Shown one piece after another: positions 58,768 through 64,000 of a DNA stretch of 64,000 bases (position 1 is its first letter; every line of letters begins with the position of its first letter). Made by a program: the position numbers and the translations under genes. The stretch spans positions 34,708-98,707 of IMG/VR virus record IMGVR_UViG_3300023273_000760. The stretch is one strand, 5' to 3'. The notes below the pieces were generated by a model. It was not told the DNA's origin. It did no database searches and saw only the letters and a list, made by a program, of their open reading frames with translations. Origin of the DNA: a virus.

Positions 58768-59230
58768 TTGCCTTACTTAATTCTTGTCGCATTGTTAATT
58801 CATCTTTAAATGGACCTTTAGAAGTATAACCTTCAATAGTCATTAGTTTAGGACAAAAACTTCTTACCCAACCTTTATCGAATTTAATAATATAGTAACC
58901 TGCACAATATAAACTTTTACTTTTTTTACTCTTAGTAAACAAAGGAAGTTTACGTTTTACATCATACATTGCATTGTGTGGAATACAACTAGTTGGAAAT
59001 CCTTGAACTTCTTTTTCTTGGGGTGCCTTAGTTGAAGTGTCTTTAACTCCCCATTCGATTTCAATATCGCTAGTAAGTTGTTTTTCGTTTTCGTAAAACT
59101 TAGTATGTGTATTACAGCAATACATATATGTCTTATCTTCTTGACGTGATAACGTACCAATACGTTCCCCGTCTTCTTCAATAATCCAGAATTTGTTTGC
59201 AACGATTGGGTTTGCTTTTAAATGTGTCAT
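58742..59230 (-). CDS. Hypothetical protein
   Basis: 162 aa ORF with AGGAGG RBS. Confidence 0.65.
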   Translation of the reverse strand: MTHLKANPIVANKFWIIEEDGERIGTLSRQEDKTYMYCCNTHTKFYENEKQLTSDIEIEWGVKDTSTKAPQEKEVQGFPTSCIPHNAMYDVKRKLPLFTKSKKSKSLYCAGYYIIKFDKGWVRSFCPKLMTIEGYTSKGPFKDELTMRQELSKANADAKRTD

Positions 59231-59760
59231 TACATTGCCTCCTTAAAAGTTTCAGAGTCTATGACTCTTACATTTATATCTGTATTGGCCGCGATAGCCG
59301 CATACAATCTTGTACGTCCATCAATTACAAAAGTTTTACCTTCTGTAGTCAGTAGCATTGGTGGTTCGCAATCTCCATTGATTACAGAGTCGATTATTTC
59401 TTCTAGATCAAACTCACGTTCTCTCATATGGCGTTTATCACGTTTTAACATAGACTTCACGAATGTATTTCTATAGTCTTCTGTACCGCTTGCTTCTTCA
59501 ACTTCCTTTAGAGTATATTCATCCTCAGGTAAGTTTAGCAAGTTATTTAACCTTTTAATTTCGCTAATTTTTAGATTTTGGACAGATAGATTATCAATAA
59601 TTCTACCCATCAGTTTACATACAAAGTCTCTTTTATGGTTATCCATTGGATTATCGGTACCAGTATCAAATGGTAAATTTTCTACAAATTTGATAATTTC
59701 TGGGTCACGTTGGCCGAATAATTCGTATGCATAAAAGTATCCTACTTCTTCATATATCAT
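59230..59760 (-). CDS. Protein with C-terminal ParB/Sulfiredoxin-like domain
   Basis: PPMLL..FVIDGRTRLYAA..INVRVI. Confidence 0.5.
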   Translation of the reverse strand: MIYEEVGYFYAYELFGQRDPEIIKFVENLPFDTGTDNPMDNHKRDFVCKLMGRIIDNLSVQNLKISEIKRLNNLLNLPEDEYTLKEVEEASGTEDYRNTFVKSMLKRDKRHMREREFDLEEIIDSVINGDCEPPMLLTTEGKTFVIDGRTRLYAAIAANTDINVRVIDSETFKEAM

Positions 59761-60740
59761 GCTTCATACCTTGCTTGTAAAGGTTCACTATAAGCCTGCA
59801 CTTGATCTACAATTCTTTGTAAATCGTGCTTTGCACAAAATTTCATAAGTCTTAATCCAACTTGCGATACTGCTTCTACCTTAGTTGCTGTTGCAATAGT
59901 TTCTGCAATTTTAACTTTAATATCATCAGGCTGTGCAGATAAATCACAAAGTGTTACATTTCTAGTATAATCATCTAGTACACGATGCTCAACACCGTCA
60001 TGATCTACCCAACGTTGTAGCATCATGTTATTCCAATTATAACCTTTACTATCTTTATCAGCATAGGCTTCTGTAAGACCTACTTTGTTCTTAGTACCTT
60101 TAACACGTACACCAGGATATGCACTAAACACATTGTCACTAGTATCGCCTCGCATACACTTTTCAAATAGTAACCATTGTGGATCAGGAGCACCTTTAGG
60201 CTGTTTAGTTTTCTTATCAATTACAGGTTGACCTTTTTTGTCAAAGTAACCTTCGTGTGTAATTGTAACATCTTGAATACCGTTATATTGTTTAACATTA
60301 GGTGCAATAAGTTGTGCAAAGTCACCGTCGGTTGAAATAATAACATGATTATCGTTAGGGTGTGATTGCACCCAACCTGCAATTAAATCATCTGCTTCAA
60401 GTTCAGGATGTTGTAAAACAGTACAGTTAGTTTTTGTAGTTACAAAATCTTTAAACTCGTCAAACATTTCCCAGAAGACTTCCTCTTCTTCTTGCTGACT
60501 TGCAGTTAGTGCCGCACGAGCATCGCTTCTATTTCTTTTGTAAGGCTCGTAATAATCTTTACGCCAACTACGTCCTTCTAAGCAGAACACAACATGACTA
60601 CCATCAAACTCTTGCCAAGCCTTTTTCAAACTACTAAGAGTAATATGAAATGCCATACCTACTTTATCTGTAAGGTTACCACGAATAACGTGCCTTGCTC
60701 TAAAGAATGTATTTGCTGTATCTACTAGAATATATGTCAT
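59757..60740 (-). CDS. rnh: T4-type RNase H / 5'-3' exonuclease (FEN fold)
   Basis: LVDTAN, YKRNR, LEADD, STDGDF, GDTSDNV. Confidence 0.85.
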   Translation of the reverse strand: MTYILVDTANTFFRARHVIRGNLTDKVGMAFHITLSSLKKAWQEFDGSHVVFCLEGRSWRKDYYEPYKRNRSDARAALTASQQEEEEVFWEMFDEFKDFVTTKTNCTVLQHPELEADDLIAGWVQSHPNDNHVIISTDGDFAQLIAPNVKQYNGIQDVTITHEGYFDKKGQPVIDKKTKQPKGAPDPQWLLFEKCMRGDTSDNVFSAYPGVRVKGTKNKVGLTEAYADKDSKGYNWNNMMLQRWVDHDGVEHRVLDDYTRNVTLCDLSAQPDDIKVKIAETIATATKVEAVSQVGLRLMKFCAKHDLQRIVDQVQAYSEPLQARYEA

Positions 60741-60746
60741 TGTTTT

Positions 60747-60775
60747 ATTATACTACCCTTTTGTTTGTTTGTCAA
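60747..60775 (-). promoter_or_regulatory. Consensus sigma70 promoter, 6 nt before the rnh ATG
   Basis: TTGACA-17 nt-TATAAT-aaaaca-ATG. Confidence 0.8.
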
Positions 60776-61463
60776 CCTGTTGTTGTGATTTACTTTGAAT
60801 ATCTTCTAAGATATCTTTATTAATAAATGGAACAGCATTAAAAAACTCTGCATCAAAAGATCCAGTTAGTCGTAAATCAAATGCTACACTTACTCGAACA
60901 TCGTCTTTAGTATACTTTTCTACATAGTGTGGTACGCAACTTGGAAAAATTACACAACCACCTTTTTTATTTGGTAATGCAATTTTTGATTCAGGATCAA
61001 ATGCAGAATGATAAACAGTTTTAGTTTCATAATCATCAAGATGTACATTACCACTCAAGTACGAATCAGGTTGAGCACCATGGGCGTGTGAATCCATACC
61101 TTCATCTTTTCGTAAGATATTTGCCCAACAAACAATTTGTAGATCTTTTAATTCTAATTGCTGTTGTTTAACATACTCGAGATATGAGTATCTTAAGAAT
61201 GTTAGCAATTCACTAAAAGCCGCCTCTTCCATCTTTAAAAGATTATAACGTCCAAAGCGTGTAGTGATATGATTTTCATCTAATCCAGTACCACCGCTAT
61301 TAGAATATTCTAAATTTAAAATAGTTTTTTCATTGTTTACAATCCACTCACGACATTTATCAACATGATCGAGATCAGTCCAGTTTGTTAACCAAAGTGG
61401 AATATTCCAACTTGGTGCAAACTCTGTTAGAGGGTGGTAACTTTTAATTCTAATTAATGACAT
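60753..61463 (-). CDS. Fe(II)/2OG dioxygenase-like protein
   Basis: CWAN..HAH..LSGNVHL..IFPSCVPH..RVSVAFD. Confidence 0.8.
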   Translation of the reverse strand: MSLIRIKSYHPLTEFAPSWNIPLWLTNWTDLDHVDKCREWIVNNEKTILNLEYSNSGGTGLDENHITTRFGRYNLLKMEEAAFSELLTFLRYSYLEYVKQQQLELKDLQIVCWANILRKDEGMDSHAHGAQPDSYLSGNVHLDDYETKTVYHSAFDPESKIALPNKKGGCVIFPSCVPHYVEKYTKDDVRVSVAFDLRLTGSFDAEFFNAVPFINKDILEDIQSKSQQQVDKQTKG

Positions 61464-61831
61464 TATTTGACCTCCGATTTACCGTCACCTAAATTTTTTG
61501 TATTAATAAAACCTGCTCCTCGATTAGGATCATGTCCTTCGTCTTCGAGTACATTTCTAGCAAGATCTTTAAACCACAAATCAACAATTTCTTCATTGCT
61601 CTCACCAGCATAACCAGCATCAAGCAGTTGCTCAATAAATTCATTATTCCAATCGAGTTCAAAGAATCCGTTTCGAATGTTGTCTTTATTAACTTGTGTA
61701 TCAAGTACGCCAACCCAAGGTTTTTTAGCCTTAGTTGCCGCCTCCTTCTCTTTCATCATTAAGTCACGATGAGAAAGTTCTGTTGTATTAGTTTGTTTCT
61801 TTTTAAACATATTTTTAAGTTTATCCATCAT
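61463..61831 (-). CDS. Hypothetical protein
   Basis: 122 aa ORF (PWV.V..GFFELDWN) with AAGGA RBS. Confidence 0.65.
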   Translation of the reverse strand: MMDKLKNMFKKKQTNTTELSHRDLMMKEKEAATKAKKPWVGVLDTQVNKDNIRNGFFELDWNNEFIEQLLDAGYAGESNEEIVDLWFKDLARNVLEDEGHDPNRGAGFINTKNLGDGKSEVK

Positions 61832-61885
61832 AATAGTCCTTTCTCTCTTAATTCATCATCAAGAGGTTTACTTGAGTGTTTTTTC

Positions 61886-62770
61886 TTAAGTTCCCCATGC
61901 GTTGCCGAAGATGTCGACGTGTAGTCTTGGGGTGTAACGCCAGCCCCGCTCCATTGCCAATTCTGCGACTCGTCTAGTGTTGAGGGTGTATTCTTCCGAT
62001 CTGCCCCCCAACGGCATGATATAAACTGGAACATCGATCCCAGCGTCACGATATTCTTGAACCGCTTTGGTAACTTCATCCACGTCCATGTTATCAGCAA
62101 CAACAAATTTAAAATACATATTACTATTAGGTACATCAAAGTAACTACGAGCAATATCGGGATTGATAGCATCACCCCAAGACTCTCCGCTAACGGAAAG
62201 TTTCGGACTGCAACTAAAAGTGACTTCAAATCTGTCTTGAGTTTCCAAGTATTGTTTGAAATCATTGTGTAAAGTTTGTGTTGTATTTGTTTCAAATGTA
62301 ACATTTTTTAAGTCTCGCATTCTTGGGTGTTCGAATAATTCCTTGTAAAATCGTTGCCAACCTAACAAAGGTTCACCACCCGTTAAGATAAAGTGTACAT
62401 CTTGACCATTATTCATAGTCCACTTGCCTTCTGGAGTTAAACTAAGAATATGCTCTACTACTTCATCAACAGTTTTATCTTTCATAAACTTTTTAAATTC
62501 AGGATAGATACTTGCATATGTGTCACAACCTGTATGCACAATAGGCAACTCATGAAAAGTGTCTACCTTCTCAGTAACACCTTCATCTAAAAGTTTACGT
62601 ACCTCTGGGTTATACTTAACACCAGTTTCTCTCATTGGAGTACCTCTAGGCAACCCAAAGTTCATACAACGAAAGTTACAACCAAATGTTCTTAAGAACA
62701 CACTAGGGACTCCAACAAACTTGCCTTCGCCCTGTACACTATAAAATGCTTCTGAATATCTTAGTTTCAT
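61886..62770 (-). CDS. queE: 7-carboxy-7-deazaguanine synthase (radical SAM) with a long insertion
   Basis: EAFYSVQGEG..G.PSVFLRT.GCNFRC...CDT, TGGEP, ETN, SPKL, PRLHV. Confidence 0.85.
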   Translation of the reverse strand: MKLRYSEAFYSVQGEGKFVGVPSVFLRTFGCNFRCMNFGLPRGTPMRETGVKYNPEVRKLLDEGVTEKVDTFHELPIVHTGCDTYASIYPEFKKFMKDKTVDEVVEHILSLTPEGKWTMNNGQDVHFILTGGEPLLGWQRFYKELFEHPRMRDLKNVTFETNTTQTLHNDFKQYLETQDRFEVTFSCSPKLSVSGESWGDAINPDIARSYFDVPNSNMYFKFVVADNMDVDEVTKAVQEYRDAGIDVPVYIMPLGGRSEEYTLNTRRVAELAMERGWRYTPRLHVDIFGNAWGT

Positions 62771-62955
62771 TCTTTCACCTGTACCAATGGCTCATTATAA
62801 TATGCGTCGTGATAATCACCATTTTTTTGAAATTGTCGAATAGTAGTATCTTTAACAAGCATACCATCTTTAACTGTGTAGGTAGTGTATTCTACTTTGA
62901 TTACACCTTCCTTGCTTCTTTCAATATGTGATTTCATAGGTCCTTCTGTTATCAT
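62767..62955 (-). CDS. Hypothetical protein
   Basis: 62 aa ORF filling the folE-queE gap with ATGA overlaps on both sides. Confidence 0.6.
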   Translation of the reverse strand: MITEGPMKSHIERSKEGVIKVEYTTYTVKDGMLVKDTTIRQFQKNGDYHDAYYNEPLVQVKE

Positions 62956-63638
62956 CTTGGTGCAAACTCCTGTTGTAATTTAATATTATCCATAAACTCT
63001 TTTTTAGTTCCTGCATCTTCTTTAAAACTACCTTTTAGTACAGTTGTTTGAGTTAATGAACTATGCGCCATAATGCCTCTATTTTCACAACAACCATGTG
63101 TTGCTTGAATGTATACACCTAAGTGTTTTGCATTAGTAGCCTTTTCAATTTCACGTGCAATATCATTTGCAAGTTCTTCTTGTAGTGTACCACGTCTAGC
63201 ACACCACTGTGCAATACGTGTATACTTAGAAAGTCCAATTACTTTTCCATTAGGAATAACGCCAATATATGCTACTCCTGTTACTGGTTGATGGTGATGC
63301 GAACAAACACTTTTAAGTTCGCTTCTTACAACAAGCATACCTGTGTAAGCATTTTCACCTTCGTTTGGAAACGCTGTTGCTGTAGGAATCTTATCATAAC
63401 GTCCTTGCATTAGTTCATTGTAATACATTTTTGCAAGACGTTTAGCAGTACCATGACTGTTAGGATCGTTTTCTCTATCGATAATAAGTGCGTCTAGAAC
63501 GCCTTCAAACTTTTCCGCGGCTTCGTCAATTAGTTTTTGTTTTTCACCTTCATAGATGAATTCACTAATATTGTCACCTGCCCAATAACGCTTGTTTGCG
63601 TCCTTAATTCTGCGTGTTACTTCTTCATATTTTTTCAT
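62952..63638 (-). CDS. folE: GTP cyclohydrolase I
   Basis: TAKRLAKMY, SVCSHH, IGLSKY.R, LQEEL, HGCCENRG. Confidence 0.92.
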   Translation of the reverse strand: MKKYEEVTRRIKDANKRYWAGDNISEFIYEGEKQKLIDEAAEKFEGVLDALIIDRENDPNSHGTAKRLAKMYYNELMQGRYDKIPTATAFPNEGENAYTGMLVVRSELKSVCSHHHQPVTGVAYIGVIPNGKVIGLSKYTRIAQWCARRGTLQEELANDIAREIEKATNAKHLGVYIQATHGCCENRGIMAHSSLTQTTVLKGSFKEDAGTKKEFMDNIKLQQEFAPR

Positions 63639-63681
63639 TTACTTCTCCGAGTTATAGACGAGGATGTCTACTATGTTTTAC

Positions 63682-63710
63682 ATTATATACTTTATTTAGG
63701 TTTTTGTCAA
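63682..63710 (-). promoter_or_regulatory. Consensus sigma70 promoter of the folE-queE unit
   Basis: TTGACA-17 nt-TATAAT; the spacer also contains TAAATA. Confidence 0.8.
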
Positions 63711-63723
63711 GTATATTATGCAC

Positions 63724-63927
63724 TTAAAAATACTTTTTGAGCATTTCAATTTGATCATCGTATTCTGCTACAATGTTCAATTCTTTTTCAATTGCTTCCA
63801 AAATGTCTGGATGTTCGCCAACTCCTGCGGCTCTTTCCAAATATACTTCGACATTCATTTTGTGTTTTGCAATATGACCTTCTGCGTGTTTAATCATAGC
63901 CGCAATCATGTTTTCTCTATTATACAT
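63724..63927 (-). CDS. Small hypothetical phage protein
   Basis: 67 aa ORF with a GVGEHPDI motif and AAGG RBS. Confidence 0.65.
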   Translation of the reverse strand: MYNRENMIAAMIKHAEGHIAKHKMNVEVYLERAAGVGEHPDILEAIEKELNIVAEYDDQIEMLKKYF

Positions 63928-64000
63928 TAGTTTACCTTTCCAATTTGTGTTATAAATTCCTTTGCAATAAGAGTGTGTGCTTCTTTATTGAAGTGTTCGT
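63927..64000 (-). CDS. 3' end of an upstream gene (SGNH-like C-terminal H.N...H pattern), partial
   Basis: Minus frame EHFNKEAHTLIAKEFITQIGKVN* with TAATG overlap into 63927. Confidence 0.4.
   Translation of the reverse strand, partial: EHFNKEAHTLIAKEFITQIGKVN

Noticed and set aside
61828-62304. 158 aa alternative-frame ORF overlapping the end of queE (possible frameshift extension)
   Set aside because: queE ends normally (GNAWGT*), there is no convincing slippery site before its stop, and the ORF looks like a shadow frame; a tiny separate peptide cannot be excluded
1-64000. tRNA genes, CRISPR arrays, IS elements, inteins/introns, reverse transcriptase (DGR) or stop-codon recoding
   Set aside because: No cloverleaf, repeat-spacer array, transposase, RT or splice motifs seen; genes tile the window under the standard code with normal coupled overlaps

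Overview
AT-rich, densely coding segment of a large tailed bacteriophage (T4-like/jumbo myovirus type; no rRNA, tRNA, CRISPR array or IS element seen). It has three parts. (1) 1-15.5 kb is a + strand virion operon: a giant (>2700 aa, 5'-truncated) baseplate/tail protein, three paralogous tail-fibre-like proteins and two other structural genes, ending in a triple-hairpin terminator. (2) 15.5-51.2 kb is a ~36 kb island of about 40 genes, mostly tailoring enzymes: 10 radical-SAM proteins, about 8 Fe/2OG dioxygenases, about 6 glycosyltransferase-like proteins, a nucleotide-sugar dehydrogenase, a DegT aminotransferase, an Arg-dependent amidinotransferase, 2 SGNH-like proteins, a methyltransferase, a kinase, an SDR, a flavin halogenase, an adenylation core and a GNAT-like protein. 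It is arranged as eight alternating-strand cassettes, most headed by a T4-late-like ATAA(A/G)TA box 5-7 nt before the start codon, and another tail-fibre gene follows it. (3) 52.5-64 kb is a - strand region with sigma70-type promoters: a MoxR AAA+/VWA pair, a thermonuclease, a T4-type RNase H, 2OG oxygenases, and queE plus folE (7-deazaguanine pathway). The best candidate for a new system is the late-expressed enzyme island, which looks like a phage-encoded glycan/virion-decoration pathway and includes an aminotransferase + amidinotransferase (guanidino-sugar) module. All functional calls come from motif recognition by eye; no searches were run.
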